64,000 bases of DNA from Verrucomicrobiota bacterium (GTDB taxonomy: Bacteria; Verrucomicrobiota; Kiritimatiellia; RFP12; UBA1067). Of this stretch, positions 43,696-55,948 are shown piece after piece. The notes under the pieces are model-generated. The model worked only from the letters and a program-made list of their open reading frames with translations. It did no database searches and was not told the DNA's origin. Made by a program: the position numbers and the translations under genes. The stretch covers positions 351,319-415,318 of the forward strand of contig JAHFSX010000002.1 in NCBI GenBank assembly GCA_023269675.1. Reading direction: 5' to 3'. The stretch's first letter is position 1; every line of letters starts with the position of its first letter.

Positions 43696-46600
43696 ATGCG
43701 CTTATTTCTGCCTGTGCTGCTGCTGACCGCGTCCATCGTTGTCGCCGAGAGCCCCGTCGTGCCGCATCTGCCGACGGACCTGTGGCGCGTCGGGGCCCAG
43801 CCGGGTGACCGCGTTGAACTCAAGGAGAGTGACGGCATCTTGACGGTCGATTACGACATCGACGTTGACCAGACCCATCAGGTCGGCCATCAGACCTTCA
43901 ACCAGGTCGCTTTCCGTCTGCTCCTGAAGCAGGCGGTTCCCTTGGACGAGCCGCACCGGCGAATCATTTTCGAGGCGGCCGGTTTGTCCGACCATGATTC
44001 CGCCGTGAACAAGCGCGTGCTGATCTGCCCTGTCATCGTCGATCAGAACGGCGAGTATCTGATCTATACCCCGTATAAATATCCGCACTTGAAATCCGGC
44101 GGCACGGGATGGAGCCAATGGATGTCTTCCGACTTTTTCGCCGGCGAAGCCGGGGGCGCCACGCAGGACGTGTTCGAGCCGGAAGGCGGCGATCAGAATG
44201 CCTGGCCCGACGGGAGACTGGCCTTCGCGGGTTTTCAGGTCAATGTGCGCAACCCGCAGTTCGGCCGGCGGCAGGGCAAGGTCCGGCTGGGCCGGATCGC
44301 GATCGGCGGGATCAGGATCCCTTCAGAGACGCCGTTCGCCTATGCCGACAGCCTGCTGACCGCGAAGGGCGCCTACCGGCTGGCGGCCGGCGTGTACAAC
44401 GAGTTCCAGGGCGCGCCTGTCCGCGAGATCGATCAGACGGTCGCCTTCGACCCCGCCGACTTCGCCAGCCGCCGGCAGCGCCTGATGTTTCCCCTCGGCC
44501 GCGACGACAACTACTGGATCGACTATCAAATCACCGACGCGGCGGGGAACGTGGTCCAGAGCGACTCCATGCGTTATCAGGTCAACGCCAGCGGGGATCG
44601 CGCAGCGCCCGCGCCGGTCGATGCCGCCGCCGCGCCGGCGCTTGGGAATCTGCGCATCAACTGCGACAAGCCGGGCCGGGGCGTCTACGGGCGCGGCGAG
44701 CCGTTGGACGTTCAGGTGCGCGTGTTCCCCAAGGGCGCGCGGGAGCTGGCCGTCGGCTGGAAGCTGACCCCGTGGCTGTACGAGGACGTGCTGGATCAAG
44801 GCACCAACGTTGTCGCGTTTTCAGGGAAGCCGTTCGAGGATCTCGCGCTCAAGCTGAAGGGAACGCCGGGGCGAGACGCCTACCGGCTGCAACTGACGGT
44901 CACGCGCGCCGGCGTCGTCTGCGATTCCCGGACCTACTGCCTGGGCTATCGGACCGACCTCGGCCAACGCCACGACCGGGAGGGCAGGATGACCGACCGG
45001 GATGAACTCAAGCGCCACACCTATTACCGGACCACCTATGTGGGGAACGAGCGGGGCGTAAAATCCGCGGCGGAGGCCGCCGCCCTCTTCCGGGAGTACG
45101 CGGCGAACGCGAAACAGGCGGCGGAGAACATCACGTACATGCTCGACCTCGCGGATTTCGAGGTGCTTCCCGGCGTCTTCGACTTCTCCATGCTCGACGG
45201 CGTGATGGACGCGGCCGCCGACTACGGGTGCAAGGTGACGGTGCGCCTCGCGCACGCCGACGGGCAGCGCACTTACCGCTGGCCCAAATTCTCGCGCCAG
45301 CACAGCTATGACGGCACTGAAATCGAGCAGCATTATTACGGCGCCTATGCGGTCTCGGACCCGCGCACGACTCAACTGTGGCTCGATTCCTATCGCGCGC
45401 TCTTTGAGCGCTACCGCCGGCACACGGCCTTCCAGGGATACTACGTGATGCAGCCGGGCGGGGAATGGACCGTGGTCGACAAACCGTGGGAGGGCGTCAT
45501 CGCCGGCTACGACCCGGCCAGCGCCGCCGGTTTCAGAAATTACCTGAAAGGGAACCTCAACCTCACTTTGGATGGTTTGAACGGCCGCTGGGGCAGCTCC
45601 TACACGTCCTGGAGCGAGATCGAGCCGCCGCCGCCTGAGTTGAAGATGGGCGCGGCCCCGGATCTGCGGATGAGCTGGGTCGATTTCAACCGCTTCAAGG
45701 CCAGCCTGGGCACCGAGTTCTGGTTCCCGCTGGCGATCAATTCCATCCGGGAATACGACACGAACCGGCTCACCATCGCCTACGGTTCGCCGAAGCGCTG
45801 CAAGCTCCTGTACGGCAAGCTGGACTATTGCCACAACGGCGGAAACCACTACGGAAACGACGCCGGTCAATTTGTGGACGCCTGGGAGCATGGCAAAATC
45901 GGCTGGATCACCGAGCCGCATCATCCGCACCGCTGGGCGGCTTACGGCGACCCGGCCCAGAAGGGCTGGGTGCTGGACTGGTCGACGTGGGTGATGATCT
46001 CCCAGGCGGGCGGCGGCGGGGCGAACCTGCACATCTACTACATGCCGAATCCGACCCTGGACCTTGCCGCCCACTACGGGGGGGCGTTCGCCTACGACCG
46101 CTTCGAGTCCTTCAAGCCGATGCTGGAGGAGCTCGTCTCGTTCAAACTGCAGGGGCCGCCGGTCCAGGTCGCGGTCACGCAGGACCCGTATACGCTGTAC
46201 TGCAAGCACCGGACAACCTTCGGCGCCAGGCTGGACGATCTGAACCGGTGGTTCGACTTGCTGAAGGATGACTCGGTCGCTTTCGAGGAGCTCACCCCCG
46301 AACGCGAAGCGAACTACAAGCTGCTCCTGCCCAATGTGCTGGACGAAGTCATGAGCGCGGAAAGCATCGCCAACCTCGACCGGCTCGTGCGCGCCGGGGC
46401 GAAAATGGTCATCGCCGCCAACACCGGAAAGTACAGTCCCGAGCTGGGCCGCGAGCCCTTTCAGCTGTTGAAAAGGCTGGGGATCCCCGCCCCGCAGGGG
46501 GCCTACGTGCAAAGCCGCACGGAGGTCGCCGCCACCGTCACGGCCGACAATCCGCTCTTCGCCACAGGCGACAAGCTGTCCTTCTTCACGCTGGCCGAAC

Positions 46601-47214
46601 TGCGGCGCGATTTGCAGAGCGACGCCGTCAAAAAGGATTTCTGGAAGTACCCCTACCGCTGGATTCCGCAAACCGACTACTTCGGGTTCTACCCCGACAA
46701 CCGGCAGACCGGCGGGACCGTGCTGGCCCGCTTCGCCGAAGGCGGCACGGCCCTGTCGCGGCATCGGGTCGGCGAGGGCGAGGTCATGGTCTTCTGGGGC
46801 ACGCCGGACCTGCGCGGCGACCGGCTGAAGGGGATGATGGCCCAAGCGGCCGGCTGGGCCGGTGCCGCGAGTCCCCGCCGCGGCAGCCCGATCCCCCACA
46901 CGCTGGAGGGGCACAGCGACAAGCTGAAACGGCACTACGCCCTGCTCTATCAGGAGAACGCCGGGACCTACACCCAGAAACTGGCCACGGTGCCCGACGG
47001 CGACTGGTTCCTCGACGACCTGATCTCCTCCCAGAAGCTGGGCCTCTACACGGGGAGGGAGCTGCGGGAAAACGGACTGGCGCTGACCTTCGCCGAAGGG
47101 TACTCGCCGCTGAAGGTCATCCGGATGATCCCGGCGGGTAAAAACGCGGCGGACTGGAGTCAGCGCTATCGCCAGCTTCCCAAGGCGCAAGCCGAGCCTC
47201 AGCGCAAGCCCTGA
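43696..47214 (+). CDS. Giant secreted GH42-like glycoside hydrolase paralog, 1172 aa
   Basis: Signal peptide MRLFLPVLLLTASIVVAES. FEVLPGVFDFSMLDGVMDAAADYGCKVTVRLAHAD is the same barrel block as in 38475..41903. Same overall architecture (N beta-sandwich, TIM barrel, Rossmann-like trimerisation-type domain, C beta-domain). Confidence 0.55.
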   Translation: MRLFLPVLLLTASIVVAESPVVPHLPTDLWRVGAQPGDRVELKESDGILTVDYDIDVDQTHQVGHQTFNQVAFRLLLKQAVPLDEPHRRIIFEAAGLSDHDSAVNKRVLICPVIVDQNGEYLIYTPYKYPHLKSGGTGWSQWMSSDFFAGEAGGATQDVFEPEGGDQNAWPDGRLAFAGFQVNVRNPQFGRRQGKVRLGRIAIGGIRIPSETPFAYADSLLTAKGAYRLAAGVYNEFQGAPVREIDQTVAFDPADFASRRQRLMFPLGRDDNYWIDYQITDAAGNVVQSDSMRYQVNASGDRAAPAPVDAAAAPALGNLRINCDKPGRGVYGRGEPLDVQVRVFPKGARELAVGWKLTPWLYEDVLDQGTNVVAFSGKPFEDLALKLKGTPGRDAYRLQLTVTRAGVVCDSRTYCLGYRTDLGQRHDREGRMTDRDELKRHTYYRTTYVGNERGVKSAAEAAALFREYAANAKQAAENITYMLDLADFEVLPGVFDFSMLDGVMDAAADYGCKVTVRLAHADGQRTYRWPKFSRQHSYDGTEIEQHYYGAYAVSDPRTTQLWLDSYRALFERYRRHTAFQGYYVMQPGGEWTVVDKPWEGVIAGYDPASAAGFRNYLKGNLNLTLDGLNGRWGSSYTSWSEIEPPPPELKMGAAPDLRMSWVDFNRFKASLGTEFWFPLAINSIREYDTNRLTIAYGSPKRCKLLYGKLDYCHNGGNHYGNDAGQFVDAWEHGKIGWITEPHHPHRWAAYGDPAQKGWVLDWSTWVMISQAGGGGANLHIYYMPNPTLDLAAHYGGAFAYDRFESFKPMLEELVSFKLQGPPVQVAVTQDPYTLYCKHRTTFGARLDDLNRWFDLLKDDSVAFEELTPEREANYKLLLPNVLDEVMSAESIANLDRLVRAGAKMVIAANTGKYSPELGREPFQLLKRLGIPAPQGAYVQSRTEVAATVTADNPLFATGDKLSFFTLAELRRDLQSDAVKKDFWKYPYRWIPQTDYFGFYPDNRQTGGTVLARFAEGGTALSRHRVGEGEVMVFWGTPDLRGDRLKGMMAQAAGWAGAASPRRGSPIPHTLEGHSDKLKRHYALLYQENAGTYTQKLATVPDGDWFLDDLISSQKLGLYTGRELRENGLALTFAEGYSPLKVIRMIPAGKNAADWSQRYRQLPKAQAEPQRKP

Positions 47215-47276
47215 CCTGCGGCAGGCTCCGGAAGGGGCGCGGACGCAACGTGACGGACGCGCCTGCCCGCGCCCCC

Positions 47277-48878
47277 CTAGCGCAGCTTGCCCAGCACGGC
47301 CATCGCCAGGTTCCGGATCAGGTCCTTTTCGCGCCACGGCAGCGTGGAGTAGAAAATGTCGAAGTGACGGTACAGCTCGACCTCATGCCGCTCCAGCTTG
47401 CGGAGCCCCAGCACGATCACCGGCAGGCGCTTGGTCTTGGCCTCCTCGCGCAGCTGCAGGATCAGGTCGCGGACATCCATGTCCGTGATGCGCCCGTCCA
47501 GCACAAAGACCGCCGGCTGCTGGCTGAGGCAGGCCGCGAGCGCCTCGTGCGACGAGGCGGTGAGCAGCAGCCCGTACCCTTTGCCGATGATCTGCGCCCT
47601 GAGAAACTCGGCGGTCTCGGCATCCTGCGTCAGCGCCACGACCGTCGGCTTGGGCGCCAGCGGCAGGCTCACGTAGACGGCGGTGCCGCAGTCGGTGCCG
47701 GGCACCGGGCTCGCGAACTCCATGCTGCCGCCGTGCAGCTCCACGATCTCGCGCGAAATCGCCAGGCCCAGCCCCGACCCGCTCACGTGGTCGCCGACGC
47801 GGAAATAGCGCTGCGACACCTTGGGCAGGATTTCGGGGGGGATGCCCATGCCCGTGTCGCTCACCGTCAGCCGGGCCAGTTTCGGCTTGTCGGGGTGCTG
47901 CGCGAGCGCAAGTGAAATCGCCCCGTTCGCGGGCGTGAACTTCACGGCATTGCCCACGATGTTGAGCACCACGCGCTCGATCTTCTGCGCGTCGCACCAG
48001 CAGAACAGCTCGCGCTCGGAAAAATCGAAGCTCATCGTGATGCGCTTGGCGTCGGCCTGCACCTGCAGCGTTTCGGCGCCTTCGCAGATCACCGCCCCCA
48101 GCGGCACCACCTTTTTGGTCAGCATCAGCGTCTTGTTCTCGATCTGCCGCAGATCGAGAATGTCGTTCACGGTGGCCAGCAGCCGGTGGCAGTCGGACTG
48201 CAGCCGCTCCAGATAGTGCAGCGCCTTCTCCGGCATCGGGCCGACCACGCCGCGCAGCATGTTGCTGACCGCGTAGATCATGGAGGTCAGCGGCGTGCGC
48301 AGCTCATGGGAGACGTTGGAAACGAACTCCATGCGCGCGCGGTCATGCGCCTGCAGCCGCTCCACCGCATCCTCGAGCGCGCTCTGGGCCTGCTGGCGGA
48401 CCGTGATGTCGCGCACGAAGAAGCAGAGCTGGCCCTGCTGGTCGAGGTCCACCTGGTTGATCGCGATCTCCGCCGCGAACGACGTGCCGTCGGAGCGCTT
48501 GCAGCGCGCCTCCACCAGCGTGAACTTCTTGTTGCTCTCCAGGTTCTTGTTGACCGTCGCGATCAGCGAGTCCGTCGCGCCCGAGATCAGGCCGACCACC
48601 GGCAGGCCGACGAACGCCTGCGGCTCCATCAGAAAAAACTCGGACGCGCGCTCGTTGCACTCCAGGATCTTGCCGAAGCGCGTCGTGATGATGACCGCGT
48701 CGTAGACGCTTTCAAGCAGCTTGTAGAACGGCGTGTCCCGGCGCACGTGCTGCGTGCGCCAGGTGCGCCCGCCCGGCCGCGGCGCAGGCTGGACCGCACC
48801 GGCCGCCGGGTTGTCCGCCACGGCGGGATCGATGTCGATCCGCATCGTCTTGTCCGAACTCGAATAGCCAGCCTTCAT
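47277..48878 (-). CDS. Cytoplasmic PAS-domain hybrid sensor histidine kinase with a C-terminal (degenerate) receiver domain
   Basis: Start placed at the ATG at 48876-48878 (alt 48845); ORF-track 47277..49130 has an Arg/Ser-rich extension. PAS (VYDAVIITTRFGKILECNERASEFF), HisKA (EFVSNVSHELRTPL), HATPase (NAVKFTPANG...DTGMGI...GSGLGLAISREIVELHGG), then a REC-like domain (AVFVLDGRITDMD, acidic pocket QD instead of DD). No TM segment. Confidence 0.8.
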   Translation of the reverse strand: MKAGYSSSDKTMRIDIDPAVADNPAAGAVQPAPRPGGRTWRTQHVRRDTPFYKLLESVYDAVIITTRFGKILECNERASEFFLMEPQAFVGLPVVGLISGATDSLIATVNKNLESNKKFTLVEARCKRSDGTSFAAEIAINQVDLDQQGQLCFFVRDITVRQQAQSALEDAVERLQAHDRARMEFVSNVSHELRTPLTSMIYAVSNMLRGVVGPMPEKALHYLERLQSDCHRLLATVNDILDLRQIENKTLMLTKKVVPLGAVICEGAETLQVQADAKRITMSFDFSERELFCWCDAQKIERVVLNIVGNAVKFTPANGAISLALAQHPDKPKLARLTVSDTGMGIPPEILPKVSQRYFRVGDHVSGSGLGLAISREIVELHGGSMEFASPVPGTDCGTAVYVSLPLAPKPTVVALTQDAETAEFLRAQIIGKGYGLLLTASSHEALAACLSQQPAVFVLDGRITDMDVRDLILQLREEAKTKRLPVIVLGLRKLERHEVELYRHFDIFYSTLPWREKDLIRNLAMAVLGKLR

Positions 48879-48939
48879 ACCCGCACGCCCCGCTCCGCAC
48901 CGGAAAGAAAAAGCGCCCCGTTTCCGGGACGCTTTTGCG

Positions 48940-49332
48940 TTATTCGCGCGACTTGTTCTTCGCCTCGTTGACGCGCAGCTTGCGCCCGAGGATGTCCTTG
49001 TCGTGCAGCACCTTGATGGCCGCCTCAGCCTCGGGCCGGTTCGGCATCTCGACGAAGCCGAACCCCTTGGACTTGTGGTTGAAACGGTTCGAGATGATGC
49101 GTGCGGACTTGACCGCGCCGAACTTCTCAAACTCCTTGCGCATCTGCGCCTCGGTCATGTCGTAACTCAGGTTGCCGACATAGATCTCCACGCACTCCCC
49201 GTCTCCGCCCCCGGTGTAACAGCGCTTGCCGCCCTTACAGCACTTCGCCATGACGATACCGACCGTCACAATGACGACCCCCGCAACCACGCCAATCGCA
49301 ATCGGATTGGTCATCAAACTCTGCATGTCCAA
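48940..49332 (-). CDS. RRM-domain RNA-binding protein. The long ORF adds an N-terminal TM helix and Cys-rich linker; it may really start at the GTG giving M-EIYVGNLSY (~92 aa).
   Basis: RNP2 IYVGNL and RNP1 KGFGFVEM. Upstream in frame: MDMQSLMTNPIAIGVVAGVVIVTVGIVMAKCCKGGKRCYTGGGDGEC, with SD aaggagg 5-11 nt before the TTG/ATG. The start is ambiguous. Confidence 0.7.
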   Translation of the reverse strand: MDMQSLMTNPIAIGVVAGVVIVTVGIVMAKCCKGGKRCYTGGGDGECVEIYVGNLSYDMTEAQMRKEFEKFGAVKSARIISNRFNHKSKGFGFVEMPNRPEAEAAIKVLHDKDILGRKLRVNEAKNKSRE

Positions 49333-49471
49333 AAGGACCTCCTTGATTCACTTCACTCGCTTATGACACACGACTCTGCTCGAGGGGACACACTGCGACC
49401 TTAGCCACGCGACAGGTTGGTGATAAGGTTTGCGGGCGTGCCGCGTTCACAACGCGGCACCGCCACCCGCA

Positions 49472-51547
49472 TCAGCGCGTCTCCAGGAAACCCTCCAGCT
49501 TGCGCAGCCGTGTGGGGTGACGCAGCTTGCGCAACGCCTTCGCCTCGATCTGGCGAATACGCTCGCGCGTCACATTGAACTGCTTGCCGACCTCCTCCAG
49601 CGTGCGGGAGTAGCCGTCGGTCAGCCCGAAACGGTAATCCAGCACTTGGCGCTCACGGTCGGTCAGGGTTGTCAGCACTTCCTGCAGGCGCTCCTTCAGC
49701 ATGCTGTAAGCCGTCATCTCTGAAGGATTCTCTGCGGACTTGTCTTCGATGAAGTCGCCGAAGTGCGCGTCATCGCCATCGCCCACCGGGCTCTGCAGCG
49801 AAATCGGCTGCTGGGCCATGCGGTAGACGGCGCGGACGCGCTCAACGGGGATATCCATCTCTTCGGCGGCTTCTTCCGGCGTGGGTTCACGCCCCAGTTC
49901 CTGCACAAGTTTCTTCTGCACGCGGAGCAACTTGTTGATCGTCTCGATCATATGAACCGGGATGCGGATGGTGCGGGCCTGGTCAGCAATCGCCCGGGTC
50001 GCAGCCTGCCGGATCCACCACGTGGCATACGTGCTGAACTTGTAGCCACGACGATACTCGAACTTCTCCACGGCCTTCATCAGACCGGTGTTCCCCTCTT
50101 GGATCAGATCGAGGAACGAAAGGCCGCGGTTCATGTACTTCTTGACGATGCTGATGACCAGGCGCAGGTTGGCCTCGACCATTTCGGTCCTGGCTTTCTG
50201 GCCCGAGCGCAGCACGTCGCGCAACTCCTCGAACTTGCCGAGGAACTCGACGGGGTCCATGCCAAAATCCTGTTCGATCGCCGTGATCCGCAGCGCGATC
50301 TCCTGCAGGGTCTGGTCACGTTTCTTGGTCGGCCGCTGCTTGAGCAGCTTGCCCTGCTCGTTGAGCAGGTGCTTGTACGGGCGATAGATCTTCTCGTCCG
50401 CCTCGGTGCAGAGGCTCTCCAAAATCTTCTGCTTGAAATTCAAACTCTGGAACACGCCGATCAGGTCGTGGCGCGCCTTCTCCAGCGTCTTGTCCGCCCG
50501 CTTGCGCTTGGCGGCGTCCTTGCCGCACGCCAGCACCGCCTCGTAGGCCTTCTGGATCTTGGTCTGAACGCCGGTGAGGTTCTTCTTGATCTTGCCGACG
50601 CCCTCCATGTAGGCGTCGCGGCTGTCCGCGAACTTGTCGGTCACCACGCGGTCGAAGCGCTCCGTGCCGGTCTCGAGCCGGTCGATCAGCTCCAGATACA
50701 GCCGCGGCGTGAAGGCGAACTGGTTGAACATCTCGCGCTCTTTGCTCTCCGCCAGCTCGATCCGCTTGCAGATCTCGACCTCCTGCTCGCGCGTGAGCAG
50801 CGGCACCTGGCCCATCTGGTGCAGGTACATGCGGATCGGGTCGTCAAAAAAGTCCATCCGGCTGCCGCGCCCGCGCTGCTCTTCCTGCTCGTGCTCGCTG
50901 CGGAAACGCTCCACCTCCGAGGCGTCGATGATCTCGATGTCCATGCCGCGCAGGATCGCCAGATACGACTCGATGTCCGTGTCTTTGATCACCGCGCTGG
51001 GCAGCGTCTCGTTGATGTCGTCGTAGGTGAGATAGCCGCCCTGGGTCTCGGAGCGCTTGATCAGCGTCTTGATGCGCTCGCTGCGCTCCTCACGCTTGAG
51101 CTTGGCTTCGGCCCGGTCCGCGTCCATCGCCAGCTCCGAATCGTACCCGACGGTGAACTCGGCCCCCTCGATCACATCGAAATCCAGTCCGGCCTCCGCC
51201 TCGCCCTGTTCCGTCGCCTCTTCAAAGGGGTCGATGTCGGCATCGAGGTCGTCGTCCAGGTCGTCGCCGTCATGCAGCACGCTGTCGATCACGACGTCGG
51301 CGCTGGCGTTGAGGTCGACCAGCTCGTCGGCGTCAAACTCCAAATCCTCGGGCGAGGGCTCCACCGGTTCGCTGACCGACGCCTCCCCGTCAACGGGTTC
51401 GAGCACCTCGTCCGTCTCGTCGGCGGGCGACGTGGCCGCCGCCTTTTTCGACTTCTTGGCCGAAGACTGGACAGGCTTGGCGTCTTTTTTGACCGCCGTT
51501 TTGGGTGCCGGCATGTTTTTTTTCGCTTTTGGTTTTATTGCTGCCAT
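49472..51547 (-). CDS. rpoD: RNA polymerase primary sigma factor (sigma-70)
   Basis: 691 aa. Acidic N-terminal region. Regions 2-4 with [28 protein letters not shown] and [33 protein letters not shown]. Confidence 0.93.
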   Translation of the reverse strand: MAAIKPKAKKNMPAPKTAVKKDAKPVQSSAKKSKKAAATSPADETDEVLEPVDGEASVSEPVEPSPEDLEFDADELVDLNASADVVIDSVLHDGDDLDDDLDADIDPFEEATEQGEAEAGLDFDVIEGAEFTVGYDSELAMDADRAEAKLKREERSERIKTLIKRSETQGGYLTYDDINETLPSAVIKDTDIESYLAILRGMDIEIIDASEVERFRSEHEQEEQRGRGSRMDFFDDPIRMYLHQMGQVPLLTREQEVEICKRIELAESKEREMFNQFAFTPRLYLELIDRLETGTERFDRVVTDKFADSRDAYMEGVGKIKKNLTGVQTKIQKAYEAVLACGKDAAKRKRADKTLEKARHDLIGVFQSLNFKQKILESLCTEADEKIYRPYKHLLNEQGKLLKQRPTKKRDQTLQEIALRITAIEQDFGMDPVEFLGKFEELRDVLRSGQKARTEMVEANLRLVISIVKKYMNRGLSFLDLIQEGNTGLMKAVEKFEYRRGYKFSTYATWWIRQAATRAIADQARTIRIPVHMIETINKLLRVQKKLVQELGREPTPEEAAEEMDIPVERVRAVYRMAQQPISLQSPVGDGDDAHFGDFIEDKSAENPSEMTAYSMLKERLQEVLTTLTDRERQVLDYRFGLTDGYSRTLEEVGKQFNVTRERIRQIEAKALRKLRHPTRLRKLEGFLETR

Positions 51548-51699
51548 CAGGTCCTTTTCCCCTCTCGGTGAAACGGAAAAGAGGTGCTGCCATCGGTTTT
51601 GGACAGACTACACCTATTATAAGAAGAAAATGGACAATGAATTTACATAATCCGCCCCGGAATGTCAAGCGACGCCAAACCAGCCCCGCCGCCGCACCC

Positions 51700-52425
51700 T
51701 CAGCGGCCCGCCTGCGCGAAATTCTCCGCGGCGAAGGCCCAGTTCACCCGCTGCTCCAAAACGGCCTTCACATAATCCGCCCGCCGGTTCTGATAGTCCA
51801 GGTAGTAGGCGTGCTCCCAGACGTCGATCGTCAGCAGGGGCACCACGCCGGCCTGGGTGAGCGGCGTCTCCGCGTTCGGGGTCTTGACGACCTTGACTTG
51901 GCCCTTCTCGGCGACCAGCCAGACCCAGCCGCTGCCGAACTGCTTCAGCGCCGCCTCGGACAGCGCCGCCGCGCACGCCTCGTACGAGCCGAAGGCCTGC
52001 TTGACCGCCTCCAGGAGCGCCCCGGAGGGCTGTCCCCCGCCCGCCGGAGCGAGCGACCGCCAATAAAACGTGTGGTTCCAGATCTGCGCCGCGTTGTTGA
52101 AGACCGCCGCCTGATCCGCCTGGCCCGCCGTGGCGCGGATCACCTCCTCCAGCGGCTTGCCGGCCAGCGCCGTGCCCTGCACCAGCTTGTTCAGGGCGGT
52201 CACGTAACCCTGGTGATGCTTGCCGTAATGGAAGCCGACCGTCTGAGCCGAGATGGCCGGCGCGAGCGCGTCCGGCGCATACGGCAGGGCCGGCAGCGCG
52301 AACGCCGCCAAGGCTTCCGCCGCACGCGCGCTGCCGCTGGCCGCCACGGCCGCCGCGCCAGCGACCACCGTCAAAAAGGTCCTCCGCGAAAGCCCCTCGT
52401 CCGCACCTGCTTCGATCCGTTTCAT
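51700..52425 (-). CDS. Fe/Mn-family superoxide dismutase with a twin-arginine (Tat) signal peptide
   Basis: [23 protein letters not shown] (Tat motif), then the SOD core ([28 protein letters not shown] ... [11 protein letters not shown]). Confidence 0.9.
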   Translation of the reverse strand: MKRIEAGADEGLSRRTFLTVVAGAAAVAASGSARAAEALAAFALPALPYAPDALAPAISAQTVGFHYGKHHQGYVTALNKLVQGTALAGKPLEEVIRATAGQADQAAVFNNAAQIWNHTFYWRSLAPAGGGQPSGALLEAVKQAFGSYEACAAALSEAALKQFGSGWVWLVAEKGQVKVVKTPNAETPLTQAGVVPLLTIDVWEHAYYLDYQNRRADYVKAVLEQRVNWAFAAENFAQAGR

Positions 52426-52791
52426 CGCGCTCCTTTCATGGGTTACCGCACATCCGCGTCCAACTTTGTACGCATAATGATAGCGGAAACGCCGTGTTTC
52501 GGCAAGGAGCTTATCCTGAAAAGCCCGCTTCAGGGTGCGGGCCTCGTTTGTTGAAAGGGGCCGCCCAAAGGCACCTTCAAATCAGCCCGGGAGCGGCGCA
52601 GGCCGGCAGGCTGGGGCGGCTGATGGCCGGCAGGGCCGGACTCTAAGCCGGATCTTCAAAGCTCGGCTTCCCCGCGCGTTAAAGACTCTGGCCCCCGTCG
52701 TCCGCACAGCCGCAAACTTCGGGTTTTTCGGGCAGGATTTACTTCGCAGATCCTGTCCGTAAATTCAGGTTGCACAGCGGACCCGTCCCGC

Positions 52792-53955
52792 TTAACGGAT
52801 GAAACCCAGACGCGGCGAGGTGAACGGCCAGTAGACCACCGTGGCGGGCCCGAGCAGGTTGCGCTCGGGCACCGGCCCCCAATACCGGCTGTCGTAACTG
52901 TTGAAGGAATTGTCACCCATCGCGTAATACTGGTTGCCCTTCAGCGTCACCGTATCCGACTCGTCCGAGAGCGACAGGCCGCGCAACGCCATGCGCTTGT
53001 CCATGCCGTTGGGGTTGAACCCCGCGTAAGCCGGTCCCTTGGGCCACACCTGCTCCTTGCGCGAGATCTGCCCGAAGCGCTGCGGCTCCGTCACGACCAC
53101 CCCGTTCACCAGCAGATTCGGCGCCTTGATCTGCAGGGTCTCGTTCGGCAGCCCGGTCATGCGCTTGATATAGTGGGTGCCCTGCTGCAGCGCCGTGATG
53201 CCGGAGGTCGAGAAAACCATCACCTCACCGCGTGCGGGATGCGAGAAGTTCCATTTCCAGCGGTTGACGAAAACAAAGTCGCCGGAAACCACCACGCCCG
53301 ACCACAACACGTCTCCCTCCTTGACGCTCGCGCCGTTCTTGACGCCGCCCTTCAGCCCGACCGGGCGCCGGTACTCGTCGGTCTGCACCGCATCGTTCGG
53401 CACATAGTGCGGCATCCCCGCCACCACCACCGGCGTGTAACCCGGCTTGCGGCTCTCGCCCGACGTGAACGTCACGGTGCCGCGCGCCTTGGCCCGCACC
53501 ACATGGAAGGATTCGCCCGTCACCAGCCACTTCGCGAACTTGAACGGCTGCCGGTCCAGCAGGGTGGCCTGGGACGGGTCGCGCGGCTCACAGTGGATCC
53601 CGTAGAGCGTGGGCTGCATCGACCCCGTGGGGATTTTAAACGGCTGATAAAAATAAGCCCGGAACGCCATGGCCACCGAGATCGCCACGACCAGCACGTC
53701 GAAATTCTCGCGCCAGCCGGCCATCGGCTTCGGCGGGTTGAGCCGGGTCAGGCACGCCTCGAGCTCCGTGCCCGCAGCCTCCAGCGCGGCGCCGTCGCCC
53801 CCGCGGTAAGCCTCGCGCGCCCGCTGCATGTGCTCGTCCAGATACGCCCGCTCGCCCTCGCTCATGAGGTCTTCGCGGCTGCCGCGAACCGTCCGGGCGT
53901 GATGCAGCAACGTCTTGACCTGCTTGCGGATCTTGCGCTTCTCAAAAAAATTCAT
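52792..53955 (-). CDS. lepB: Signal peptidase I
   Basis: Start at the ATG at 53953-53955 ([11 protein letters not shown]). [14 protein letters not shown] (catalytic Ser box), [27 protein letters not shown] (boxes D/E). Conserved lepA-lepB order. Confidence 0.88.
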   Translation of the reverse strand: [387 protein letters not shown]

Positions 53956-54043
53956 GTTCGTCTCCTGTTCCGGGCACGGCGTGCCCTGCCCCACATTCCG
54001 GGCGCGGCGCGGCCTGCCCCCGCCTGCGCCCCCCGCCACGCTC

Positions 54044-55864
<1,821 letters not shown>

Positions 55865-55948
55865 CAGGTTCTTTGCTGCGGGTTTCTGTTTAAACGTTTC
55901 GGTTATTAATGACGCGCGGCCGGTTCATCGCATCAGGATTTCACCCTG

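Noticed and set aside
47215-47276. GC-rich hairpin (ggggcgcgg...ccgcgcccc) between convergent GH42-like and kinase genes as a bidirectional terminator
   Set aside because: No flanking T/A tracts on either side and a 24 nt loop. May still be a structural element, but evidence is too weak to call a terminator.
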